A stretch of DNA of 63,062 nucleotides, the filler included, from Choristocarpus tenellus KU-1152 (lineage: Eukaryota > Protista > Phaeophyceae): the NCBI GenBank assembly GCA_964200185.2. It is 11 parts of 11 records of this genome, joined end to end, with 100 filler letters (N's around TTAATTAATTAA, not from the genome) between each part and the next. Parts side by side here need not be neighbours in the genome. Positions count along the whole stretch, not along the records: positions 39,689 to 42,959 come from CAXNAD020021133.1; positions 43,060 to 54,971 come from CAXNAD020002071.1; 9 more parts are not named here. One strand, given 5' to 3'. A model generated the notes under the pieces. It was not told the origin of the DNA. It was given only the letters and a program-made list of their open reading frames with translations, and ran no database searches. Positions within the stretch are counted from its first letter, which is position 1. Each line of letters begins with the position of its first letter. Position numbers and translations under genes: made by a program. Positions 41,857 to 53,985 of the stretch are shown one piece after another.

Positions 41857-41980
41857 CAGCTTAAAATGCATAACACGTCTAGACAGTGCCACTTGCGTTG
41901 TTACTGAGACAATTTGGCGTAGGCAGGATTTGACCACCCCTTTCCTGCTGTATCCTTCAGTTCCTCTCCCCCCCACCATG
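41857..41980 (-). mobile_element. 3' fragment of the RLE-type non-LTR retrotransposon
   Basis: MVGGRGTEGYSRKGVVKSCLRQIVSVTTQVALSRRVMHFKL, cut by an AGATACTTTGACCC transposon terminus. Confidence 0.75.
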
Positions 41981-42087
41981 TGTATATATCAGTATGTACG
42001 TATACAACATTCATGGCTGTATACTGCAAGGTGAATCGCTCATTCAAGGTGTGTGAACAGGGATACTTTCCACTATTAATACTATAT

Positions 42088-42190
42088 CCTCCCTTCTGTC
42101 CCGTAAGTCTGGGCTGTTAAGCTATAGGTCTTCTAGATAACCTCCGATTACAAAACCGACTTTTGCATTGGATTCCTTAAAATATTTTAC
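42088..42190 (+). mobile_element. Partial copy of the Stowaway-like MITE
   Basis: ctcccttctgtcccgtaagtctg...ataacctccgattacaaaacc...gcattggattcct matches the left arm of 7320-7715. Confidence 0.65.
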
Positions 42191-43486
42191 ATGTATTTTT
42201 ACAATTAAAATCTTGAGGATTTATATTCACATGTGAATAGTTTTCATTCGTTTCCTCCCTGACACATCTGCAAAATGTCGCAGGGCATAACAATTTGTCT
42301 GTTACTGTACCGTTATTTCTGTATGCCATATACCATTATACCAATTGAGGTTTTATTGTCAGGAACTCCCCAATTCCATTAAAGGGTCTTACCAATATTT
42401 GAGGTGACATAAAACCATACAATAATAGAAATATATATAGGCTGAAGGAGGAGGGGATAGGGTTATGGAGGTGAGGGAGGAAGGTGACGACGGCACACGA
42501 GACAGGCAGGGCAAAGAACTAGTGTAAGTGGAGGGTTTAACCCAGCTCCGGGAATAGACGCACAGATTTCGATCTTGCAGAACGGAGAAGGATGGACGGA
42601 GAACGGAACAGGCCCACATGGGGACGAGGTGGAGGTGATCGAAGATGAGGTTAGCGGCCCACGAGATAGGCACGGGTGAGGGGGGAACACAAGCAGAGCA
42701 CACCACTCCTCTTCGGAAATAGGGGGACAGGTCTCATCTCTGCAGGATGGCGAAGCACGGACAGAAAGCTGAACGAGCACCAAAGGGGTTGGGGCTAGAG
42801 AGGTGGTAGAGGCACACGATGACGGTAGCAGGGAGAGGGGTCCGCCCCTACACGGCTATGATGAGGAGGAGAAAGGAGAGACGGTGATAAGAGATATTTA
42901 CTGGGCTTTGACAGCTAGCCTCCCCCACCAGGAACCCAACCCACGCCCATCACAACAACNNNNNNNNNNNNNNNNNNNNNNNNNNNNNNNNNNNNNNNNN
43001 NNNTTAATTAATTAANNNNNNNNNNNNNNNNNNNNNNNNNNNNNNNNNNNNNNNNNNNNATGTTTCGTGTGTTTTTTTTTTTTTGGGTTTTTTTGTTGGT
43101 TGTGTGGGTGGGGGGGGGGGGGGGGGCATTAGAGGTGAATTTATTTCCAATTCATTCCTCTTTTTTTTTCCTTATGCGTTTATGTGTAGCTCTTCACTTG
43201 ATAGATCATTTCCATCGTACAGAAAGGAGATGTTGGTATCTTGCAAACCTATTTGATTAGTAGAGATGAATGTGCAGGTCATAGATGGCAAGTATTGAAG
43301 AGCAGGCCCTGTAACTTCACGCATCTGGTGAGAGTGTGGCCATGTGTATATTTTGACAGTACCTCTCTCGCTCCCAAAATCTCGTCCACATGATCACATT
43401 CCTATACACAGACTTTTACTTGAACCCTGCCCCCCCCCAACCCCCCACTTCTCTCACATGCTTATATTGTGTTTCTGTTTGGAAAG

Positions 43487-43567
43487 GTGCTTGTTGCGTT
43501 GAGGCAGGAGATGGCGGCACCTGCCAACCGGCGACTTCCGCAGCCTACTGAGGGGTCTGAGTTCTAG
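43487..43567 (+). CDS. UEV1: Terminal exon of ubiquitin-conjugating enzyme variant UEV1/MMS2
   Basis: After an AAG acceptor it reads VLVALRQEMAAPANRRLPQPTEGSEF*, the typical MMS2/UEV1 C-terminus. It is not in the ORF track. Confidence 0.8.
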   Translation: MLVALRQEMAAPANRRLPQPTEGSEF

Positions 43568-46371
43568 CATCTGGGCCTACTGCATGAACCCAACTTGTGT
43601 ACGGATATGGCAAGTCGTATTGGGTGACGCTGTTGAGAATCTAAACATTTAGAGCAGGGGACCTGTGAGATGGACTATGATACAACTGTGGGTAAAGATG
43701 TGGAGATACGACTCTGAGCTGTAGGGGCAGGGATAAGTGACAGGGGGTAGAATGGGAAGTGCTGTGAGGGCTTGAGTGTTTTTTGAAGGCCTGGGGGAAG
43801 GGGGGGTTGGAGTTGTACTGTAGCGGGTGTTGTTTTAGTCCCTGTAACACCCCGGCATTTTTCACCGGTGTGGTTGTTGGTGTCACTGACCAGGCTCTGC
43901 GGTATTGTTGAGTTGTAGTTGGGAGGTGCAATAATGGCAAGTTGTTTGCGCAAATTGAGGGATATGTATGAAGTAGGGATCGGAGAATTGGGGATGGTAA
44001 GGGGACGAAGGGGTTATCAGGGCTACAGCAGCTAAGTCATATTTGACTATTACTTCGTTGAACTAGATCAAATATTTAGGAGTGGGTGGTAACCCACCCA
44101 TCACACTCAATGCTAGCTATTTCTTGGCCTGGTCCTCACTATTGGTGCAGGCATATTTCACATCTATGGATCCTGTGCTTTGTCTGGTATCCTGCTATTG
44201 TTTGAGCTTTGTTAGCCTAGGTCGCCTAGGGGAGTCTCACACCCTCTGCAACTTTCACCTTTTTTTACTTGCTTGGTTGTGCTTGGGACAATTTATTGGT
44301 GGATTGAATGCCAGTTTTGGCCTGCAACGGTATTGTATATTTTTTGGAAAGTGTAGGGACAAGCTTCAATATATATAATATATATATTGGCTAGTCCAGA
44401 TTGCCGCCAATTTTTTGGGCAGAGATAGTATGTCAATGAACAGTGAAAGGCCATGCTATCATCAAGTATCTACAGATGGAAGATTGAAATGGAAAGGATA
44501 CGCACAATGTTAAGGGAGGAGATACACAGGGGAAAACGATATTTTCTGTCTTGTGTAGGGTGTGAATCCTATCAAGTGTGCTCTGTTTATTCTCACAATA
44601 TGCATATTTTACCTATTTATACAGAAGGACAGGCCAAGCAAGTGCTGTGAGGGCAATATAAATAGTTCACAAATTGTTACCTGTATTCTGCATCAACTTG
44701 CTTAGTGAAGTTTTGTGGGGAACAGGTATGTGTTTATTACCCAAAGAAAAAGAAAAATCCAATGGTATACCAGGCTAAAAAGGCATGTTATGCGTGTGAT
44801 GTCATGGAACTAATGGTATCTCCAAGCCTTACGTTTCTTGCGCATGAGTTTGGGTAGTTTTTGGATGTTGTAGATGAGCGTACGTTTTTTTATTAGACAG
44901 CTCTCTGAAATAACAAGTTACGTTGAATGCTCTTTTTTAGGCTTGATGGAGGCTGCTTTTGATATGTTCAGTTGCACTATGTTAAGGCCAGGACAGGCTC
45001 TGTGACTAAATGAGGTGCGTTTACCCGGAGCTATGTGCAGAGTGAGAACCTATTTTTTGCGTGAGTCTTACTCTGACTTTTCTGTCTGGATGGGATCACT
45101 TCACACAGACATGCCATTCTATGCATATCCACCTAGACCTGAGGTAGTCTACCAGCTTCTGTCAAGGAATGGGTGAGTTCAAACCCAGTCAACATCAGGC
45201 TTCATTTCTAGGGAAATATATCATCTCAATGAACATATACATCATTGTTATCTGTTTCTAAGCCACAAAAAGAACCATGAAAACTTGGATCATGCATGGT
45301 GGCAAGGCCTCGTTCCTGCCAGACAAGTTCTAGTATTTTTATTGTTGATCACTTCAGCCTGTTGGGGACAATCCCCCATCTGGTCACAGGCAATAAATAC
45401 ACTCTTCTTCACTACTTCTCATACTACGTTTTGTAACTTCCTCCTGCACCACAACTGATTACACCCCCTCCGTTCATGCCTGTCTTCTCACATACACCGA
45501 GTTCAGTCATCCCTCTGAAGGTCATACCACCTCGTTTTTTCAAGGGAATTGTCGAAATCGAAGGTAGTATGTCTGGAAGAAATACACTGAAAACATGATA
45601 AGTATGCCACATTTCTCTGTCAAGAAGATGATAAATTTATTTTGGCCTTGACAATTGTGGTTGGTGTGGGAGGTGACATAGTATTGATGCATAATATGTG
45701 ATGGAAAGCCTGAGATTCTGGAGGAGCAGGAACTTTTTTTCAAAATACGCCATGATGATGTTGAACTGAGTGACAATGAAGTGCTTGCTGCTCAAGAGCT
45801 GAGAATACATTTTTCATTCGTTTGTGTGAAAACTTGATGGCATAGAGTTGGATGGGGCGCAAGAAGAGCATGCTTGTAATCTGATATGGTAGTGGTAGTA
45901 GATTCTCCAAGAAGATGGGAAAGCAGCACAACGACCAGCAACTTTACAACAACAGGAGGACGGGGTAGTCCTCTGATTTGTTTGTATATACAACACTACT
46001 ACTACTGCATTTCGAGATACCGCAACAGTAGTAGACATAATTTTCGAAAAATAAGTTGATGACACAGCATTTTTTTTGTCGCATGCTTGTTGGGGAAGGA
46101 CAGTTGTTCATGGAAGGGACATTCATAATATCAGAGAGGAGAGCCTAAAAAGAAATACTGCTCCAATATGTTACAGTAAATAGTGTTACGTAGTAAGAGC
46201 GAGATTTGTGAAGAGATTTTATAGATCAGTTTGGGTTTTCTAATTATTTTATTTTGGTAATACTGTTTCCTTAATCTTCTTGTGATTAGCTTTACTCAGC
46301 GGCGCGCGCAACTCGTTTGTCGAACCAAACCCCACCCTAAAACTAGTCGTTAATGGCGATTTCTCTTAGCG

Positions 46372-48204
46372 ATGGAGAATGTTGCCTCCCGCGAACGTGA
46401 TGTGCTTGGGTGGGCGGTCTACTCACGGGTAATGACGGTTGCCTTGATGATTTTGGCAAACGCTTTGCTACCTACCCATGAGGCCGATGGAGTGCACCTC
46501 TTCCACCCCGAGTACTACCCGATCTCACCGGATACAGAGACTTTCGGTACCAGCGACATCCCCGCGTTGGCGGCATTCACACGTTGGGATGCTGCCTGGA
46601 TGCTGAGTATTGCTGAATGTGGCTATCCGTCCTCCTCGAACAGATTGCGAAGAAATGAAGGAAGCTTTCACACGTGTGGGACCGAAGGTTCCTGTCCTGG
46701 GGAGTGGAAGTCAACATGCGATTGGAATCGTGATGACGACTTGGCGGTTCAAGAACAGGCGCATGCGTTCTTCCCACTCTATCCATGGGTGGTGCAGATG
46801 ACTAGCGGCACCCTGTCCCGAATATTACCGTCCCTAAACCCTCAGGACAGCCTAGTCCTGGGTGCGATTGTCACCAGCAACGTGTGTTTCGTTGTTGCGG
46901 CGGTCATCCTCTATCGCCTTGGGCAAGTAGTGTTAGGAGACGAGTTGCTGGCCTACCGTGGGGCTATCGTTTTCTGTATCAACCCCGCAGGCGCCTTCTT
47001 TAGCACGGCCTACGCGGAAAGTCTATTCTCGATGCTTACATTTGCGGGTCTGTGGGTCCTTTTCTCAGGTCGGGGGTGGAGGAGATTTGACCAGAGAAAG
47101 AATATGGGTTGGAGAGGGTCCTCTTGTGCGTGGCTGGCAGCTGTGCTACTGGCAGTGGCAACTCTTGCCCGATCTAATGGCGTTGCTGCAGCTGGAGTGT
47201 TGGTGTTGGAAAAACTCCGATGGTTTGCCCAGGAGAGTGGTCTTGTGGACATGGATAGATCTGACGTTTTGCGGAAACCAGGGAAGGAATCCCACACTGT
47301 ACAAGAAACGCTCGAAGTACCAGGAAGAGGTGGCAACCAGGTGCATAGCAGGTGGAAGACAGGTACACAATGGATTCATTTAGGAGCTGGAGTTATCGCC
47401 ACTGGACTCCAAGTGATGTTAATATTCCTCCCTTACCTTGCTGTCCAGTACTATGCCTACCTTAAGTTTTGTGGGAGCATTGGTGGAGAGGTGGATGAGG
47501 TACAGCACTCATGGTGCAAATGGCGTGTCCCGAGTTTATATGCTTATGTGCAGGCAGAGTACTGGGGAGTTGGACTCTTTCGGTACTATACTTGGAAGCA
47601 GGTACCCAACTTTCTTCTTGCAACCCCCGTGCTCCTACTATCCATCACTGGCACAGTCCAGTTCTTCACTACTCAATGGCAGCACCGCCTGCAGCATCAG
47701 GGAGCTTTGCTGACAAAAACGACTGCCACAGGGCAAGTTCATACGGACAGAAACATGAAAACTAAGGTAGAAATGAATCCAAGGAAAACTCATTGTGATT
47801 TTAGGGGTGCCTGGTCTTCATTAGAGGCAATGTGTGCAGTATTCTTGGCGCCCACCCACTCCATTTCACAAGTAGGAACAACCAGCAAACAAAGAAATTT
47901 CATTGAGGGGGAAGCCGCTACTGCAGCAGTGCCTCTCGTCACACACTGGCTGGTGCTATGGTTGATAGCAGCTGTGTTCATGAATGTGCAGGTTTCCACA
48001 CGCTTCCTCACTGCTGCTTGTCCTCCCCTCCATTGGTGGACCGCAAACCTCATGTTTCCCAGTTCTGATCCCTCCAAGGATACGAATAGGCAAGAAGGTG
48101 GGAGCATGAGGAATTTGACAGTGATAACGTGGCTGGAGGTATACATGGTTGTCTACTTTGTTGTTGGTGCAGTGATGCATGCTAACTTTCTTCCTTGGAC
48201 GTAA
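46372..48204 (+). CDS. PIGV: GPI mannosyltransferase 2, intronless, 610 aa
   Basis: Motifs RWDA, AFFPLYP, NPAGAFFSTAYAESLF, RSNG, YAYVQAEYWGVGLFRYYTWKQVPNFLLA, NVQVSTRF, HANFLPWT; many hydrophobic segments. Confidence 0.95.
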   Translation: MENVASRERDVLGWAVYSRVMTVALMILANALLPTHEADGVHLFHPEYYPISPDTETFGTSDIPALAAFTRWDAAWMLSIAECGYPSSSNRLRRNEGSFHTCGTEGSCPGEWKSTCDWNRDDDLAVQEQAHAFFPLYPWVVQMTSGTLSRILPSLNPQDSLVLGAIVTSNVCFVVAAVILYRLGQVVLGDELLAYRGAIVFCINPAGAFFSTAYAESLFSMLTFAGLWVLFSGRGWRRFDQRKNMGWRGSSCAWLAAVLLAVATLARSNGVAAAGVLVLEKLRWFAQESGLVDMDRSDVLRKPGKESHTVQETLEVPGRGGNQVHSRWKTGTQWIHLGAGVIATGLQVMLIFLPYLAVQYYAYLKFCGSIGGEVDEVQHSWCKWRVPSLYAYVQAEYWGVGLFRYYTWKQVPNFLLATPVLLLSITGTVQFFTTQWQHRLQHQGALLTKTTATGQVHTDRNMKTKVEMNPRKTHCDFRGAWSSLEAMCAVFLAPTHSISQVGTTSKQRNFIEGEAATAAVPLVTHWLVLWLIAAVFMNVQVSTRFLTAACPPLHWWTANLMFPSSDPSKDTNRQEGGSMRNLTVITWLEVYMVVYFVVGAVMHANFLPWT

Positions 48205-48795
48205 GAGACATGAGAGCAGGTAACTTTTGTTATGCTGTCTTCTTACCATAATGGTGTCTCCACCTCCTGGCTTATATCACAATAATTGGTACTTCGAGCC
48301 GACTCCTGATTCATATTTTTGTATATTTGCTACAGGAGAGGAGCAGGGGTCATGCCACTTGTCAGTTAAGTATCTATCTCTACACTATCCAAGTGACTCT
48401 GACTGCTTCCTGTGCCATTATCAAAATAATCCTTCCTCAAACATGTCGTTACACCAAAGAGTACAGTATTGCATTACTTTTTCCTGGAATATCACTCGTA
48501 TGCTTGTAAATACCTCAGTGCTTAGATCCGACTGTGTCCTCAGCTTGTTTTTTCTACATAAATTCACGCCATACATGTAGCATCTTGGTCAGATATGCAC
48601 ACAAGAGTGGGGTGACTGTATAAATCATACAACAGCGCCGGAATGTGCCCTCTGCAACATATTAGGTAGGCAACTTGCTATATTAATAGGGTCTTCCTGT
48701 CCATGATAGACAAAGTTCTGTAAATAAATTGCAAACTTCCCTGATGTCGCTTCAATACCATTGGCAATAGTAGCAGTAGTGTCCCCATTAGCACT

Positions 48796-51700
48796 TCAAG
48801 AAGTGGAAGCACGATTGAGAATAAGTTCTCCATTCACAAATGGAAACGGGTCAGTTGCGGTCGCCTGAATAATGTCCCCCTCCCATGGCTCCTGAACAAG
48901 ACCCTTAGATGCCCCCATATCATTCCCGATTATCCCTCCTGCCTCACCTGCTGGCTGGGAAGGATGTAGCCCTATGTTTTCCCCTGACACATACCCTCCA
49001 CTACGTGTGCCTGAACTTCGACCTACAAGCTTTAGGCACAGAGAGTGGGCATGTAAACACATGCGTGGGGCAACTGGGTAGTTGCTTACCCCAGGTCCAC
49101 AATTATGGGCATACGTGGCATCACCCAGTATAGGGTGACCTGCATGACGTGTGTGGAGACGAAGCTGGTGCCGTCTCCCCGTTTGTGGCCTAAAAAAATT
49201 TAAGGGTTCATAAAGTTGGTATTGGGAAGTGGATCAAGGGGTACAGAGCTGTAGGTGGTGAGTGACATCAAGCGTGGGGAGGGGGGTAACTATCTGTGGA
49301 GAACAGGGGTATGGAGGTGTTAGCACGATACTTTTTGCATAGACACCTGGATTGAGACCAGGTACACCTCAGCTTGCCGAGCACAGAGGCACAGTACTAT
49401 ACTTGCTAAATATAGTTGCTCTCACATCCTCATCCTCAAGAAGCATCCAATTTTCCACATGAATACAGTAATGAAATTAGGCAAGTATTTAGTGGAACAT
49501 TAGTCCCTTGCAGAAGCAAGTCATGCCAAATGTTGAATAGTCGTCAAATCAGGATCACAGTGGTTCGAAATTGAACTACTTTGGTCAGAAGGTGAATTGT
49601 TGAGCTGACCTTGCCTAAAAAAAAACTTATCAAGAGAGGAATGCCACTCTAATGGAGTTTACTCCTTTCACAATTACTCTAACCCTACAAACAGGAGTAG
49701 ATGCTAAAATCGTAATACTGGACTGCCACAGACTAACTACGGAGTAGACATCGTGCCTAAAAAAAATTGCTTCGTGGCTACGGCAAGTATATGCATATGG
49801 ATGATACTTCCAGGGGGGGGGGAAGCCTCAACACAACACCCTGCATCCACTACAAAGCAAGCAAAATACCAAAGCCTTCGCAAGGATTAAAACATCTCCA
49901 AGGGAACATAAGCTGATTATTCGTACGTAGAACTCAAAGTGCAACTTTTTTTTAACAGCACCTTCAATGAACTACCTTGTAGCAGTCATGCAACGCCACA
50001 TAGCACTTACCGATCAATACTAATGATACCTGCAATAGTATAGTAGTGTTGTCAATTGAACTGTATGGTTAAAAGAAGTGCAATTGGCTCCAAATTCTTT
50101 CTCAGTTGTACTTGATAGGAATCAAAAGGTGTGCGTATCACACACGAGGCTAGGTGTGCAAGAAATAGCAACCAATACAACAAAGCATAAACAGCATGTG
50201 GAGCATGCACTCCAGAAGAATAACCAATGCGTCAAACCTTCAACTTCAATGCCAATTTCAACGCCGATTATAACACAGGCACAACCAACACTCAAGGCCA
50301 TTGCACACCACCACACCTCAACAGGAGTTTTGTCACCGGCCGTCCACGGAAGTGGCCCGTTTCCAGAACTTGCACTAGGGTCTTGCAAGACTTTCCTCTC
50401 AAAACCCCTCCACCCCCCCCCTCCTTCAGTGAATCGCAGACCTCCATACGAAAATCACCAGGGACTCCAACTATAGAGGCGTCCACACGAAATGTTCCAG
50501 GACCGTCGTCAGGTGCTTGAAAAACACCCAGGTCCGGGGCACCCTGTGCAGAACGGAATGCTGCTTCTGAAGCTAGTCTTGCTGCTCTTTCCTTGTCACG
50601 AGCTGCGGCCTCCAAAAACGGTGAGATGATTGCTGGGTCATGCTTAGCCCGCCCCCATGGTGTGTGGGCAACGGCTTCTTCTGCTGGGGTCAGAGTTGCC
50701 CCCAGCTCTAACGATCGCAGGAGGCGTTGCTGAGCTTACCCACCCCAAAACAATTTCAGGATATTTTTTAAAAAGCACACATCCAATTCATCACATACCC
50801 GGTTGAAAGGATAAAAATACAACAGAGTCAAGAGTCCCCTCAAGCAGATGTTCCCATAGTGGCAGTGGTGTGTGTTTGGGATAATTGGTTGGGAGTGGGG
50901 GCCAGGAAGGATATTGAGGGATGAGGTGAGGCAGAAGGAATGGCAAGGAAGATGGAAAAAAGTGGTTGGGAGGAAACTTAACATGCACACATCTGTATCT
51001 GATACAAACAATAAAAATGTAATCAAAGCTGTGAACACCTCTGCAGCCACCTTTTGCAGCCTAGAACAATGGAATGAAAGTATCAACACCAGTCATGCCG
51101 TCATGAATCTAAATACCCTTCGATCTCTTGTCGCATGCCCTGCAACAACGGCCTTGTGGATCCTTCCCATCTAGTACAAGCACAACATCATTCTGTGAAG
51201 TCCACAAATCTCCCCATCTATAGGCTGCCAAAAAAATGTTTTGCGAAACCCTCCCGCTCTTTATCCTGGGTCTCGATGTCCAAATTGTGAATCTCATCTA
51301 TAACCCAACCAAGGCCCCTTCCAAGCACACGCGGTAAAATACTACGAGACCTTGCCAACTGCAACCTCCAAAACAGAAAAGCAGCCTTGCCACCCACCAC
51401 CAACCTGTTCCTCAACAAAAAAAGAGTGTGTCGGCTTGTGCTGCACCCCCGATTCACCCTTCTTGGTCCTCTTTTTGCCCCAAGCCCCTTCTCCCACTGT
51501 TGCTGAAGACCCTTCACCCCATGCCCCATTCACATCATTGCAACTCCGTATTTGGTAAGAGCTCGGGTCAACTACACCTTCAACTACTGCCAAATAAACC
51601 TTTCTTGCCCTGAATTCCTGGAACGCCTGGCAAGCTCGTGCTGCAGCACGCTTGTTGAGACCAATACAGAGAACCCCAGAGGTGGCTTCATCCACGGAAG

Positions 51701-53040
51701 CAGGTGTTCATTCACCAGGGGGTGTTCAAGTGTGTGGGACAAGGGGCACGATGTGGACATGTTGTGTTGCACCAGCAGTAGGCACAGCATTGAATGGGTC
51801 AGTGAGTGGATTTTGACGCAATTCTTAAGAGGAATTGAAGTCTGGACTGAGCTAGTTTTTGTGTGTGTCTCATGCCTTCCTGACAAGATTCACTGTTCCT
51901 CCTGTTATTATATACTGCGTGCCCTGTGTGAGTTTGTGATGCCTTGATCCATGCAGAAGATGGGCAAGAAAGGTAAACACTTAATGCATCGGCAACACAC
52001 CCCGAAGGGCTTTGTTGTCATATACTATTGATGGTGTATAGATGGTGGCAAGACGAGATGAAAAAATGGAGCCAGGAGGAGTAAAGGACCAGTCAAAACC
52101 ATTATCAAAGTTTCAATGATTGCTACGCACAGATCTCCAAGCTTGAAGCAAGGGTAAGGAGTGGACACCCAAAGGACATAAGGTGTGTAAGCTTTCGTTT
52201 TGGTATGAAGTCTGCAAATCTTCAATCCATTCCATCAAGACGAGAAAAGTGTACCCCATCAAAGATTGTGCCACCACTTATAACGGGGTTAGCAGATCAA
52301 AGATGGCAACACGAATCAAATTGGTCGTAGAAAGCAGCACTACTTAGGCTGCAATATCTCACCAAAATCGAGTTGGTGAACCCACTTAAGATCCTTGTCT
52401 GCGACGGCTGGAACCCAGTGCCGGACAAGGTTCACAACTGTGACATCGAAGTTTCCGTCCATTCGCACATCTGGGGGCTGAGAGATGGGGTGAGATTTCT
52501 TCATCTGTACCTGGTGACGAGGAAAGATATTGCTGGTACCTAAAAACTACCTCTACACCTCGCACTCTAGTGTTACCTTCAATACCTTGACTTCTTGAAT
52601 TACCATCAGGAAAGTATCTGAGCCAGAGAATCGTCCTGCAAGCTTTAGTGGTCTACTCCGGGGTACTAGGTTTAACCCACAAAAGCTACGACACTAAAAA
52701 AAAATAGCAATGGTCGCAGGTCCTTACCAACGTGGTTTGCATCTCGCGCAAATGGGCAATATCCCTTGAAGAGTAGTCAATACGTGCTACCACAAAGACG
52801 GACCAACGAGGCGAAATTAAAAGGCTCTTTATTTCCCTACCATACACCATTAAGTCTCACCTTACCGATAACGAGGTAGTCATCATCCAGATGCAACACC
52901 TCTATTGAGCAGGAAGAGCAGGTAGTTGGAACTAGGGCCTCCCGCTCGGTTACCTCTCGCCCCTGGGCCGAGAGCAACGAGAGCCAAGCATCCAGTTCAG
53001 CTTGAGAACGTAGAGGTGGCTTCGCTTCGGGTTCAGTCAT
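48796..53040 (-). CDS. RluA-family pseudouridine synthase (RPUSD1-like), 5 exons
   Basis: Exons 53040-52861, 52477-52363, 51685-51405, 50729-50317 and 49189-48796 are phase-consistent. Motifs KPPDVRMDG, HQLDFATSG (catalytic Asp), KVYLAVVEG, TGRRHQLRLH, GHPILGDATY, RMCLHAHSL. Confidence 0.92.
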
Positions 53041-53589
53041 GATCCCCTTTCTTCACTATCAGTGCAACGGACGATGAGGTCCCACCGATGGGTAAATGGC
53101 TATTGGAGTAATCAGCATATGCTTCGAAGTACTTCCTAGGATATACCCTGTGCCTCAAGGACTCATCCAATCTGGCATAAAGCTTATTCCAACAGTGCCT
53201 TAAGATGGTTCACCTTCGTGTGCAACAATGGACTGAAGAGAGCGGTCGAGACAGTGTTTGTTGCAGCGATTGTCTTGTATGGTAACAATGGAGGAGTGAG
53301 AAGTATGAACATCTTATTATAGTTTTTATTTAGTATGAAAAAGATGGTATAAGTGGTAATCTCATGAAGTGTGTATGGGATGGTATAAAATAACCTCTAC
53401 GAGGGTTATTTTGACTCTCATACTTTTGCAAGGGTGTCGAATGCCGATTCTACTTCATTACATACTTTAGTTGGTGTTGTACTACCTCTACACCGGTTTG
53501 CCGTTGCAAAGGGGGAACCACAGCCGTTGCAATGGTCTTTTTCACTGGAAGCAGTGGTGCGTCATGTATGTGGAGACGTGACATTGTGC

Positions 53590-53790
53590 GTAGTTTAACC
53601 TCATCACCTTCGCAATGGAAAGTTTTGGATACCTCGGCAAGCAAGCAGAAAGTTTTCTAGATGGGTTGGGGAGAGGGTCGGGAGGTTACAGTAGGAAAGG
53701 ATCCCGCTTACGACAGATAGTGTGTGACAATACAAGTGGCTCCATCAAGACGTGTCATGCGCTTTAACCTGGAGGCACCAGGGAGGTGGG
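53590..53790 (+). mobile_element. 3' fragment of the RLE-type non-LTR retrotransposon
   Basis: TFAMESFGYLGKQAESFLD...RKGSRLRQIV, nucleotide-similar to 54760-54920. Confidence 0.7.
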
Positions 53791-53985
53791 CAAGGAGGGG
53801 CCTGTCAGATTCTTAGGGTGCTTCCCTACGTCCTCGCCCTGTGGTGTAGAGCTAAGCTAGGTTGGAGGCATACCAGGGAAGTGGTGTAGTAGAGTTGGTA
53901 GTCAAATACTGTAGTAGTAAATAGATTTTGGAGAGGTATATTTCGCATTTACAACTGTTACTTTTACAGGCGTCATAATATTGAA

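Noticed and set aside
45424-46126. Possible Harbinger or pogo transposase remnant (VLMHNM)
   Set aside because: Only one short motif amid stops, which is insufficient evidence.
33500-48204. ER glycosylation/secretion gene cluster (SEC23, ALG1, PIG-V, IRE1)
   Set aside because: The genes lie on different contigs joined by artificial spacers.
51090-51171. Extra exon in the pseudouridine synthase gene
   Set aside because: It hits an in-frame stop, and exons 3 and 4 join in phase without it.
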